Shown one piece after another: positions 1 to 8,309 of a stretch of DNA of 20,544 nt. Source of the DNA: Candidatus Korarchaeota archaeon NZ13-K (GTDB lineage Archaea; Korarchaeota; Korarchaeia; Korarchaeales; Korarchaeaceae); contig MAIU01000017.1 in NCBI GenBank assembly GCA_003344655.1, forward strand, positions 1 to 20,544. The letters run 5' to 3'. A model generated the notes under the pieces. The model was given only the letters and a program-made list of their open reading frames with translations. It had not been told where the DNA came from and did no database searches. Each line of letters starts with the position of its first letter. The stretch's first letter is position 1. Made by a program: the position numbers and the translations under genes.

Positions 1-537
1 CTCGATAGGCTGCTCGGGGTCGGAAATCCCGAGGCCCCCCTGTTCGGGAGGGCCTTCTCTGAGATAACTTTGGAGAGGCTCCCTGCCGAGAGGTCCGAGG
101 AGTTCCTAAGGGCCGGGTTCGAGCAGGTGGGCCTCAGGGTCCCTGAGGAGGAGATATCGCAGGCCGTTTCCAGGCTCGATGGTGTGATAGGCTGGCTCAC
201 ATTCTACGGTTACCTCAGGAGCAGAGGAGGGATTGAGGCCCTGGAGAGGGCCGTGGAGGAGGGATCCAGGATCGCTGCCAGCGAGTTCAATCACTTCCTC
301 AGCAACAGGCAGCTGGCCAGGAGGAGGTACGTCGAGGTCCTGAGGACGTTGACCAGGCCCTCCACCTGGACCGAGGTGAAGAGGGGCCTCAGGCTCATAG
401 CCAACGTGAGCGACAAGCAGGTGTCAAGCTACCTGAAGGAGCTGATTCACTATGGTTTCGTGGAGAAGAAAGGTGATCTCTACCAGATAGCCGATCCACT
501 CTTAGCTGAGGCTGTGAGGAGGGGTTATGTTTACTGA
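1..537 (+). CDS. C-terminal part of an archaeal ATPase (Arch_ATPase, PF01637-like) family protein; 5' end lies outside the window
   Basis: Frame 1 is open from base 1 into the listed ORF (70..537), so the gene is 5'-truncated. The 'LDGVIGWLTFYGYL' segment resembles the conserved G(I/V)PGWL(T/N)xFG motif near the C-terminus of Arch_ATPase proteins, followed by a winged-helix-like tail. Recognition is from memory of the family, not a search. Confidence 0.5.
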   Translation, partial: LDRLLGVGNPEAPLFGRAFSEITLERLPAERSEEFLRAGFEQVGLRVPEEEISQAVSRLDGVIGWLTFYGYLRSRGGIEALERAVEEGSRIAASEFNHFLSNRQLARRRYVEVLRTLTRPSTWTEVKRGLRLIANVSDKQVSSYLKELIHYGFVEKKGDLYQIADPLLAEAVRRGYVY

Positions 538-683
538 TCGCCCGATGCCTCTCATCTCCAGGTTGCTTGGAAGCGGGAGCGGCATATCGGTGGCGCTTGC
601 GTAACCTCGGACTGTAGCGGGAGCATCCCCCCAAAGCTTCAGCTCCTGGCAGGTGCTGCGCACCCTGAGCGTTAGCCGAACCA

Positions 684-2162
684 TTGAGGGTCATCTTTTT
701 AGATGCGTCCAGCATCGCCTGGGGGATGAGGCTCATAGGCAGGGTGGCGGACGACTCCGGTGAGGTCTCAGCCTCCGTCATACTCCTCAAGGGCCTCGAG
801 AGGGAGGTGACCTCGGAGAGCCTGGTGCTCATAGAGAACGCTGGCTCCGGGAGCAGGGTCTTGGGCATACTGAGGAGGGGGAGGGGGAGGAACGAGTTCC
901 TCAGGAGATCAGGCTATAGGCCGGAGGTGGCCTATCTGAGGCACGGAGGGGAGCCATCGAGCTCAAGGGAGGTCTACTCCTTTGATATCATCGTGCTCGG
1001 GTGCCTTGAGGGAGGAAAGCTGAGGGCCAACAGGATGATAATAGCCCCGGGCTCCCCCGTCTACCTGTTCGATGAGGAGAACCCGCTGGAGCTCATAGCA
1101 GGCTCTGCCAAGAGGTTGGCTTGGATGAGAGCCCACCTGGAGGGGAGGAATGACTGGAGGGTCCCTGCTGATGCCCAGTACATTCCATATCACGTTGGCG
1201 TCTTCGGATCCACGGGGACGGGGAAGTCCTGGTTCACGAGGCACGTGCTCATACCCTTCTACATCGACAACGGCTACAGGGTGATCGTGCTGGACTGGAG
1301 CGGCGAGGACTACGCTCCCTACCTCCCGAGCGTCAGGCTCTCCGAGCTGGCCTTGGACGAGCTCTCGATACTCCAGTACCTCTCGGGGCTCACGGATGAC
1401 TTCGCGGGGAACAACAGCTTGAGGAACGCCTTCGATGATTACGTCTCCGGCTGGGTCGAGAGGGTCAGGGGGAGGGATGAGGTCGAGCTCTACGAGGACC
1501 TGAGGGAGTTCGTTCAGAGGGCGGTCAGGGGGATCAGGAGGGATGACTGGAGGGAGTCGGCGGAGAGGGCCCTCAGCAGGGTCTTCAGGAGGCTCTCCCC
1601 CGGGGACCTGGCCCCCCTGATGGGAACCAGGCCGGTGAGCGAGATCGTTGAGTCCGGGGAGAGGCTGATCGCGGTTGACATGTCCGGCTTCTCCAACGAG
1701 ATCAAGCTAGGCTTCTTCCTGACCCTGGCCAGCGAGCTCAAGAGGAGGATGGTAGCCGGGCAGGATCTCGGGATAGCCCTCGTCATAGACGAGGCCCCCC
1801 AGTACTGCCCTCACAGGCCAGAGGGGATTCAGGCCCAGGTCACCGAGGAGATAAAGAACCTGGCGGCCCTGGGCAGGAAGCACGATCTGAACCTCACGCT
1901 GGTGGCTCAGGGGGTGGCGGGTGAGATAGGGATAAATGCCGCCATAAGGAGGAACCTCAACACGAACTTCTACGGGAGGCTCCATCCCCTCGACGCGGCA
2001 GGTGAGGGGAGCGCCAGGGACTGGCTGGGTCCCTACGGGATAACCCCGGAGTACCTGCTGACCCTCGAGGACGGGAGGTTCTACTTCACGGGCGCCATGA
2101 ACCCCTCGCCGGTCCCCCTTCTCATAACCTTCGAGGTGGAGGGGCTTGGAGGAACGGGATGA
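684..2162 (+). CDS. HerA-like (DUF87/FtsK-HerA superfamily) hexameric ATPase/helicase
   Basis: Walker A 'GVFGSTGTGKS'. Walker B-like 'ALVIDEAPQY' (HerA hhhhDEAH-type). The N-terminal ~130 aa are beta-rich with 'VLGIL...IIVLGCLEG' as in a HAS-barrel. Length 492 aa is typical of HerA. It overlaps the downstream NurA-like gene by 17 nt. Confidence 0.75.
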   Translation: MRVIFLDASSIAWGMRLIGRVADDSGEVSASVILLKGLEREVTSESLVLIENAGSGSRVLGILRRGRGRNEFLRRSGYRPEVAYLRHGGEPSSSREVYSFDIIVLGCLEGGKLRANRMIIAPGSPVYLFDEENPLELIAGSAKRLAWMRAHLEGRNDWRVPADAQYIPYHVGVFGSTGTGKSWFTRHVLIPFYIDNGYRVIVLDWSGEDYAPYLPSVRLSELALDELSILQYLSGLTDDFAGNNSLRNAFDDYVSGWVERVRGRDEVELYEDLREFVQRAVRGIRRDDWRESAERALSRVFRRLSPGDLAPLMGTRPVSEIVESGERLIAVDMSGFSNEIKLGFFLTLASELKRRMVAGQDLGIALVIDEAPQYCPHRPEGIQAQVTEEIKNLAALGRKHDLNLTLVAQGVAGEIGINAAIRRNLNTNFYGRLHPLDAAGEGSARDWLGPYGITPEYLLTLEDGRFYFTGAMNPSPVPLLITFEVEGLGGTG

Positions 2163-3321
2163 GCCGGACTGGGTCAAGCTCCCTCACGCCCTCCAGTCGA
2201 TCTTCTTCGAGAGGGTTGAGGAGGAGGTCTCCTCCCTGATTGGGGAGATAGAGAGGCTTGAGAGATGCATCGAACTCATCAGGGACAGGCTATCCGGTCT
2301 CTTCGAGCCCTACGATGAGAGCGACAGTGTTCTGAGGATAGGGGCCGTTGACGGCTCCAGGTCCCCGGAGATGAGCGAGAGGCTGGGGATAAGGTACGGC
2401 GTCTTCACGACGGGGGCCGTGGTGCTGGAGGGCGGGAGGAGGGTCCGTGAGAGCTATTACGCTGACTCCTTCAGGAGGGAGCAAGCCGCGTCCAGGGAGG
2501 TCAGCAGCTACCTCCTCGATCTCCGCGTGAGCTATGCCGAGAGGAAGCTCGCCCTTGAGTTGCTGGATGATGTGGACTTCCTATTCATAGACGGCAGCTT
2601 CTACGGCTTCGTCTACCCGGTCCTGAGGATGAGGAAGAGGGGGGCGTTCGGGGAGATGGAGGAGTCCCTCTTCAGGGAGATGTGGGAGGTCACTGGGAGA
2701 CTTGTGGAGAGCGGGAAGGTGGCGGGAGTCGTCAAGAGGAGCCACACCAGGGCCATAGGTGGATTCATCGCCACGAAGCTCTTCGATCACCTCCAGGAGC
2801 TCGGGGATCTGGTGGGGGTGATAGACAAGCTCATACTCTCGGCCCTGATGCCCCCGCGCTCTATCTTCAGGTACGAGAGCCTGATAGGAGAGGAGAACGT
2901 CACGGTCTACACGGAGGCGGCCCGCGCCTTCCTCAGGCATGGGAAGTCAGAGGACCTCCTCGAGTTCGCCAGGAAGAAGGCCTATGAGCCTTTCGATAGG
3001 CTGGGGCTCGATCCCGAGGGATTCAGGAGGATGAGGAGGGTTCAGGTCAAGTCCCATCCGGGAGCCCCTGTTTGCGAGATCGAGCACCCCTCCGCGTTCG
3101 AGAGGGTGATCGAGGTGATAAGATCCAGGGGCATGTTCAGCGACGTAACTGGGCTTCCCCTGGCCTTGGACGTCGTGGACTCGCTGGTTGACCTGGGTTC
3201 GAGGTTCACGGAGGAGTACGTGAGCGAGATCGAGGCCAGACTGCTGGAGAGGATGGGAAGGGAAAGACCGAAGCTCATAAGGTGGTTCTTCCATCTCCTA
3301 AACCCTCAGAAGGTCTTCTGA
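2146..3321 (+). CDS. NurA-like 5'-3' nuclease
   Basis: 'RIGAVDGS' (NurA motif I with the catalytic Asp) and a second 'LFIDGSFYG' DGS motif. ~390 aa, translationally coupled to the HerA-like gene. The predicted start overlaps the HerA stop. Confidence 0.7.
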   Translation: MEERDEPDWVKLPHALQSIFFERVEEEVSSLIGEIERLERCIELIRDRLSGLFEPYDESDSVLRIGAVDGSRSPEMSERLGIRYGVFTTGAVVLEGGRRVRESYYADSFRREQAASREVSSYLLDLRVSYAERKLALELLDDVDFLFIDGSFYGFVYPVLRMRKRGAFGEMEESLFREMWEVTGRLVESGKVAGVVKRSHTRAIGGFIATKLFDHLQELGDLVGVIDKLILSALMPPRSIFRYESLIGEENVTVYTEAARAFLRHGKSEDLLEFARKKAYEPFDRLGLDPEGFRRMRRVQVKSHPGAPVCEIEHPSAFERVIEVIRSRGMFSDVTGLPLALDVVDSLVDLGSRFTEEYVSEIEARLLERMGRERPKLIRWFFHLLNPQKVF

Positions 3322-3367
3322 TGAGGAGGGACGGAACGTTTTTCAAATTCCACCCCCTCGAGTCGGG

Positions 3368-4090
3368 ATGCGCGGGAGCGAGTTCTACCCACTTCCCCTC
3401 AGGAACATTCACAGGCTCCTGACGAACCTGGGGCGCGACGCGGATCCGGAGGGCGTGAGGTCCCTGCTCAAGCTCAGGGACAGGAGGAGAGTTGATCAGT
3501 ACGTCAAGACCCTCAGGTGGGTGGCCAGCAGGGTGGAGGACGCTGGCTCCCTGGACGCCTTCATGGAGTCGATGGTCAGGGCTCTGATGAGGGAGTTCTG
3601 GCTGGAGGAGGCCTTCAAGGAGCTGATGGAGAGGGCCATCCCCCTCTCACCTTCCTCCCTCTCCGCCCTGCTGAGGGCGAGGGGGTTGAGCCTGACGGAG
3701 AGCGAGGCCAGGGCGATAATATCATGGATGAGGGAGGCAGGGGCCCTGAGGGAGAGGAAGGTGCCCGTTCTGACCCTATCCCTTGAGGAGAGGGTGCTAG
3801 AGGACGTGAGGAACAGGGGGACAGTCACATACGCGAGCCTCAGGAGGAGCTACGGTGATAACGCCAAGCTGGCGGTATTCTCCCTCTGGAGGAGGGGCCT
3901 TATAAGCGTCCCCTCCCTTGAGAGGTACAGGGACCTGCTGGAGGGGGTGGAGGATCCGGATAGGATACCGGGGAAGGTGGAGGGCAGGATATTCTCCACA
4001 TGGCAGGACAGGACGAGCGGAGAGATGTACAGCGAGCTTGTGATCCCCCAGAGGGAGAGGATATCGGCAAGGTGGCGGCTGGATGCATGA
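3368..4090 (+). CDS. hypothetical protein with two winged-helix-like segments (possible DNA-binding/adaptor component of the cassette)
   Basis: 240-aa ORF with genome-typical codon usage, preceded by GGAGGGA 40 nt upstream. The segments 'LSALLRARGLSLTESEARAIISWMREAGAL' and 'VTYASLRRSYGDNAKLAVFSLWRRGLISV' look like HTH/wH units. Its stop overlaps the next gene's start by 8 nt. No family recognised. Confidence 0.45.
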   Translation: MRGSEFYPLPLRNIHRLLTNLGRDADPEGVRSLLKLRDRRRVDQYVKTLRWVASRVEDAGSLDAFMESMVRALMREFWLEEAFKELMERAIPLSPSSLSALLRARGLSLTESEARAIISWMREAGALRERKVPVLTLSLEERVLEDVRNRGTVTYASLRRSYGDNAKLAVFSLWRRGLISVPSLERYRDLLEGVEDPDRIPGKVEGRIFSTWQDRTSGEMYSELVIPQRERISARWRLDA

Positions 4091-5861
4091 TAGGGATTTG
4101 GAGGGGCTTTACAACAATTACAGGGGCCTGAGACCAACAACTATAAGGTCTATACTCGACTGCTGGGCCGATAGGAGGCCGGTTGAGGAGAGCCTCGAGG
4201 TGATAAGGAGGGTCTTCCCCGGATCCCAGATCCTGGAGTCGACTGCCAGGAGCGTGATGAGGTACCTTCAGGACAGGGATTGGAGGGGTTGCATAGTGAA
4301 CATAATCGGCGACTACGGCTCCGGGAAGACCCAGATGGGGTTCATCCTGCTCAGGATGATAAGGGAGAGGGGGGAGGCACGCGTCAGGATGATCACGGCC
4401 GACCCCCTGACCGAGCTCAGGTCCGAGATCCTAGAGGATGGGGATGAGAGGCCCCTGGTGGTGATAGTGGATGAGGTTGATCTTCTCATCGGCGATATGG
4501 AAAGGGGGAAGCGCGATAGGGTTGAGGAGCTGGCCGATCTGGCAAGGATGATGACGGAGGGGAGCTTCAGTAACCCGGCCAGGGGCTCAGTTATCCTCCT
4601 TCTCTCCAAGAAGGCTCATAGCTCCCTGAAAATGGACAGGGCGCTGAGGAACAGGCTTATCGATAGGGCGAAGGAGTTCTCACTCTCGATGAGTGAGACG
4701 GACAGGGAGAGGGTGAGCCTAGAGGCTGTGAGGAGGATAATAGCCCTCAGGATGGCCTACAGTGAGGAGGATCGCCTGAGGATATTCCGATCCCTCGGGC
4801 TGATATACCCTTTCATGGAGAAGCTGGCCCTCGACCTCTGCTCCATGCATGAGATAGGGGGGATAGTCAAGAACCTGGTCACGGCCCTGGACGACATACT
4901 GAGCGAGCTCACCGACCCGCGGAGCCTTGGTGAGGTTGAGAAGGGGAGGTTCTTCGAGGAGGTGCTCAAGCGCTTCTTCAGCGAGGTATTCAGGAGGGTC
5001 CACTTCAGGGTGACTGTGGGGGATGAGAGGAGGGACTACGTCGCGATCTTCTCGGAGGAGCCCCTGAGCGTCCCCGGAGCCAGAACCGATGCCCATTACG
5101 ACATCAGAACGTACGATGCCGATAGGGGGCTCATCGGAAGCCTCCTGGTGAACCAGGTCGGCTTGGAGATCAAGTACGGGGACTATTGGAAGGAAAACAG
5201 GGATCAGCTCCTGAGGGTGATGGAGAGATACCCCCTGCTCCTGATCTGCGTGACCGAGATGGATGAGGACGAGCTTGCCGATCTGAGGAATCAGATGAGG
5301 GCCGGCGGGAGGGCCTTCGAGATAATGGGCCTGAGCCCCAAGGTCCTGGGGGTGACTCTCACGCTGACGCCGGAGGGGGCTCTGAGGTTCCTGAGGAACT
5401 GGGGAACCTTCGAGAGGGATTTGGAGGAGATCCTGAGCATACTGACGCTGCAGTCGGTGAGGGTAAAGGATAGGGAGGTGAGCGACCAGGATATACTGGC
5501 CCAGGCCTCCTCGGCAATCGTCAGCTCGCTGATGAGGGAGCTCAGGAGGGCCAGGAAGATGGTCAGGACATCGACGCTCTCTGACCTGATCAGGAGGAGC
5601 CTTGAGGGCGTTTACGCCAGGTACGGGAGGGCGGCCCCCGACCTGCCCGAGATCCTCGTGGATAGGATACTCAGGCTTCTGGAGAGGGAGGGCCTGGGGA
5701 GGCTGAGCGAGACCGGTAAGTCCTTCAGCCTGAGCGCGGAATCTAAGAGGAACCTAGAGGAGCTCTCCCTCGATGAGGGAAGGAGGAGGGACATGGAGAG
5801 GGTGGTCTCAGGGATCCTGCTGAGGATGCAGGAGCAGGCCCCCGGACTTGATGCCCTCTGA
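4083..5861 (+). CDS. AAA+/P-loop NTPase with C-terminal putative PD-(D/E)xK nuclease-like region
   Basis: Walker A 'IIGDYGSGKTQ', Walker B 'LVVIVDEVDLL' and sensor-1-like 'VILLLSKK' in the first ~200 aa. The C-terminal region carries 'HYDIRTYDAD-x15-GLEIKYG' (D ... ExK spacing typical of the restriction-endonuclease fold, reminiscent of the DUF234 domain that accompanies Arch_ATPases). 592 aa. Confidence 0.6.
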   Translation: MHDRDLEGLYNNYRGLRPTTIRSILDCWADRRPVEESLEVIRRVFPGSQILESTARSVMRYLQDRDWRGCIVNIIGDYGSGKTQMGFILLRMIRERGEARVRMITADPLTELRSEILEDGDERPLVVIVDEVDLLIGDMERGKRDRVEELADLARMMTEGSFSNPARGSVILLLSKKAHSSLKMDRALRNRLIDRAKEFSLSMSETDRERVSLEAVRRIIALRMAYSEEDRLRIFRSLGLIYPFMEKLALDLCSMHEIGGIVKNLVTALDDILSELTDPRSLGEVEKGRFFEEVLKRFFSEVFRRVHFRVTVGDERRDYVAIFSEEPLSVPGARTDAHYDIRTYDADRGLIGSLLVNQVGLEIKYGDYWKENRDQLLRVMERYPLLLICVTEMDEDELADLRNQMRAGGRAFEIMGLSPKVLGVTLTLTPEGALRFLRNWGTFERDLEEILSILTLQSVRVKDREVSDQDILAQASSAIVSSLMRELRRARKMVRTSTLSDLIRRSLEGVYARYGRAAPDLPEILVDRILRLLEREGLGRLSETGKSFSLSAESKRNLEELSLDEGRRRDMERVVSGILLRMQEQAPGLDAL

Positions 5862-5881
5862 CCGTTTAGCTGGGATCTGGG

Positions 5882-7189
5882 ATGCCGGGCAGAAGGAGCG
5901 TCCTCATCTCCTGCACCCTAGCGTCCTTCCTGACGCCCTTCTCATCCTCCTCCATCACGGTCCTCCTCCCACAGCTATCCTCCCACTTCGGGGTCAGCCT
6001 CGCCGCATCCAACTGGTCGGCCGGGGCCTACCTCATACCCCTTGCCGCATTCATAGTGCCACTCGGGAGGATAGCTGACTGGAAGGGTAGGAGCACCATC
6101 TTCATGATCGGATTGATCTCCTTCTCAGCTTCCTCCCTACTGGCCGCGCTCTCACCTGATTTCACATCCTTCCTCATCTTCAGGTTCCTCCAGGGAATCA
6201 GCTCCTCCATGATCTCGGCCACAGCAGTAGCTGTCCTCTCCGAGGCCTTCCCAAGGGAGGAGAGGGGAAGGGCTGTTGGGGTGAACACCGCCTCTGTCTA
6301 CGTTGGGCTGAGCCTCGGTCCCCTCATGGGGGGCCTGATAGCGGACCTCCTCTCCTGGACTTGGGTCCTCATCCTGAGCTCCCTCGCATCCCTTTTAGCC
6401 CTGCTTCCATCCAGAAATCTCCCGAAGTCCAGGGAATTAAGCTCCCCTCCCAGTCCCGCGCTGATCTCTCTCCACGCCATCTCGATGATCCTCCTGGCGT
6501 ATGGCATCTCCTCCCCGGGTGGGTCCGGTATAGCTATCTCATCCATCGGGGCCGCGCTGCTGGCCGCATGGCTCTCCAGGGAGATGCTCGGGGATGGGAT
6601 CTTGGGTCCTCAGCTCCTCAGGAACGGGGCTTACATGGCATCCTCCACAGCCGCTCTGCTAAACTACAGCGCCACATACGCGATCTCGATAGTGCTCAGC
6701 CTGCACCTCCAGAGGGTGCTTGGCCTACCCGCTAGCGTGGCGGGGATCATTCTGACGGCGCAGCCCATAGTTCAGGCTTTCCTATCACCCCTGGCCGGTT
6801 ACCTCGCTGACAGGATTTCCCCCCACAGGGTGGCCTCGCTCGGGATGATCCTGGTGGCCCTTGGAGTTGTCAGCCTCCTGCCCCTGACGCCATCCAGGCA
6901 GCCAGCGTCACTGCTCCCCTCGCTCCTCTTACTGGGCGTGGGCTTCGCCCTCTTCGCCTCCCCGAACACGGTAGCCGCTTTGAACGCCTCCCCCATCCCT
7001 CTCTACGGTTCAGCCACCGCCTTCCTCGGATCCATGAGGTTCCTGGGCCAGTCCCTGAGCACCTCGATCCTGATGATCCTCATGGCCGGGATGGAGCTCT
7101 CAAGGGCGATGAACGCGGCCCTGATGATCTACGTGGTGATAAGCGCAGCAGGGGCGGTCTTGTCAGCCGTAGCCAGGTACAAAAGGTGA
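5882..7189 (+). CDS. MFS transporter (drug/H+ antiporter-like)
   Basis: Highly hydrophobic protein with ~12 predicted TM segments. MFS motif A-like 'PLGRIADWKGRS' lies between TM2 and TM3. 435 aa. Confidence 0.8.
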   Translation: MPGRRSVLISCTLASFLTPFSSSSITVLLPQLSSHFGVSLAASNWSAGAYLIPLAAFIVPLGRIADWKGRSTIFMIGLISFSASSLLAALSPDFTSFLIFRFLQGISSSMISATAVAVLSEAFPREERGRAVGVNTASVYVGLSLGPLMGGLIADLLSWTWVLILSSLASLLALLPSRNLPKSRELSSPPSPALISLHAISMILLAYGISSPGGSGIAISSIGAALLAAWLSREMLGDGILGPQLLRNGAYMASSTAALLNYSATYAISIVLSLHLQRVLGLPASVAGIILTAQPIVQAFLSPLAGYLADRISPHRVASLGMILVALGVVSLLPLTPSRQPASLLPSLLLLGVGFALFASPNTVAALNASPIPLYGSATAFLGSMRFLGQSLSTSILMILMAGMELSRAMNAALMIYVVISAAGAVLSAVARYKR

Positions 7190-7196
7190 GTCAGTT

Positions 7197-8234
7197 TCAC
7201 TGCTTGAGGAGAGCTATCCCCCCGGGGTTCCTCACCCTGAGGGCCAGCGTCTCCCAGAGCCTGAAGAGGTGCATGCCGTCCTCGGGGCCTATGTAGTCCA
7301 GCTCCGTGTCGGCCCCTATGACTAGATCTAGGACCTGGGGGTTCGATGAGATGAGCAGCGCCTCGTCCTCCTCCAGCGCCGGAACGGCCACCACATCGCC
7401 CACCAGGGCCTTAAGCCTATGCAGCTCCATCACCCCAGTGCGCTCGTGCACCGCAACGAGCTTGGCGTACCTCGAGGGGCTGACCAGGAGCACGTATGGC
7501 TGGGGGAACCCATCCCCAATCATCCCGCTCAGGGCGCCGGCCACCTCGGAAACGGCCGATCCCGGCTCGTCCCATGACGAGATCCTCCCCAACCTCCCTG
7601 CCCTCTCCTTCATCGCCCTGATGAACTCCCTTTCCTCCTCCATCGAGAGCCTCGCGGCAGCCGCGAGGGCGGGGGAGGCGTCGAGGGCGCCGGAGACCTT
7701 GGCGCTGTCCAGAGAGGCCTGGCTTATCGCGAACACCTGGCTCAGCTCCCTCAGCTGGATAACGTACCTCCTCCTGGGCTTGAGGTCCTCGGAGGAGAGA
7801 TCCTCCACGGGCACGGCATCAACTCCCCTTCCGACGCGGGTCACCGGGAGGTGCTTCCTCAGAACCCTGATGCCATCCGCATACCTCCTCACCTCGGCCC
7901 TCAGGTCCGACCACTCCTCCCGCTGGCCGGGAGGATCCTGCCCAGATATTCCCGTGAGCCTAGCGACTTCCTCAGCACCCGATGCGAGTTCCTCAACCTG
8001 CTCCTGATCCAAGGACTTCAGCATAGCCAGGAATTCCCCTACGTGCGTCTTCTCCTCCTTGGCTATGTCCTCGAATACCTTCTTCGCTGCCTGATCCTCC
8101 GTGCAACTGGCCAGCTGCAGGTAGAGGTTTATCGCGTCGAGCTCGGCTATTATGCTCAGGCGGAGCGCCTGGGCCAGCTCCTCCCTGCTTAGCTTCCTCC
8201 CAACGGGGAGCTCAATGGGGTTCTTGCTGAGCAT
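7197..8234 (-). CDS. ferritin-like protein / encapsulin (linocin M18-type) shell protein fusion
   Basis: The N-terminal ~100 aa have ferritin-like di-iron signatures ('IIAELDAINLY', 'EEKTHVGEF', ExxH). The remaining ~245 aa have encapsulin-like length and composition. The total of 345 aa matches the known Flp-encapsulin fusions of Thermococcales virus-like particles (recalled from memory). Confidence 0.55.
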   Translation of the reverse strand: MLSKNPIELPVGRKLSREELAQALRLSIIAELDAINLYLQLASCTEDQAAKKVFEDIAKEEKTHVGEFLAMLKSLDQEQVEELASGAEEVARLTGISGQDPPGQREEWSDLRAEVRRYADGIRVLRKHLPVTRVGRGVDAVPVEDLSSEDLKPRRRYVIQLRELSQVFAISQASLDSAKVSGALDASPALAAAARLSMEEEREFIRAMKERAGRLGRISSWDEPGSAVSEVAGALSGMIGDGFPQPYVLLVSPSRYAKLVAVHERTGVMELHRLKALVGDVVAVPALEEDEALLISSNPQVLDLVIGADTELDYIGPEDGMHLFRLWETLALRVRNPGGIALLKQ

Positions 8235-8250
8235 GAGTCAAGCTGATGGG

Positions 8251-8264
8251 AAATAATATAAATC
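8251..8264 (-). promoter_or_regulatory. TATA box (minus-strand reading TTTATATTATTT) ~23 nt upstream of the encapsulin ATG; leaderless promoter
   Basis: An AT-rich 14-mer in GC-rich context, centred ~23-26 nt upstream of the start codon at 8234. Confidence 0.45.
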
Positions 8265-8309
8265 TTCGGCCGTGACCCGATGACATCAATGGATGCTCAC
8301 GATCGCGGG

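Noticed and set aside
538-683. 146-bp gap between the Arch_ATPase gene and the HerA-like gene, examined for a promoter, repeats or a small RNA
   Set aside because: GC-rich with no TATA-like box, no inverted or direct repeats and no ORF. Most simply a spacer within one transcript.
395-868. Long antisense or alternative-frame ORFs throughout the window (e.g. 395..868 -, 1707..2177 -, 7306..8007 +, 13147..13911 +, 13731..14387 +, 14984..15511 +, 18952..19563 -, 19639..20100 -, 20101..20532 -)
   Set aside because: Each lies fully inside or opposite a gene with clear family motifs (HerA, encapsulin fusion, ABC ATPase, Mpg, Lrp, P-type ATPase). Their products are low-complexity and rich in Pro/Ser/Arg, as expected from the complementary frames of GC-rich coding DNA, not real genes.
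5862-5881. MFS transporter as a sixth member of the HerA-NurA cassette
   Set aside because: Only a 20-bp gap with no promoter suggests co-transcription, but an MFS transporter has no mechanistic link to a helicase/nuclease module. More likely an independent downstream gene read through from the same transcript.
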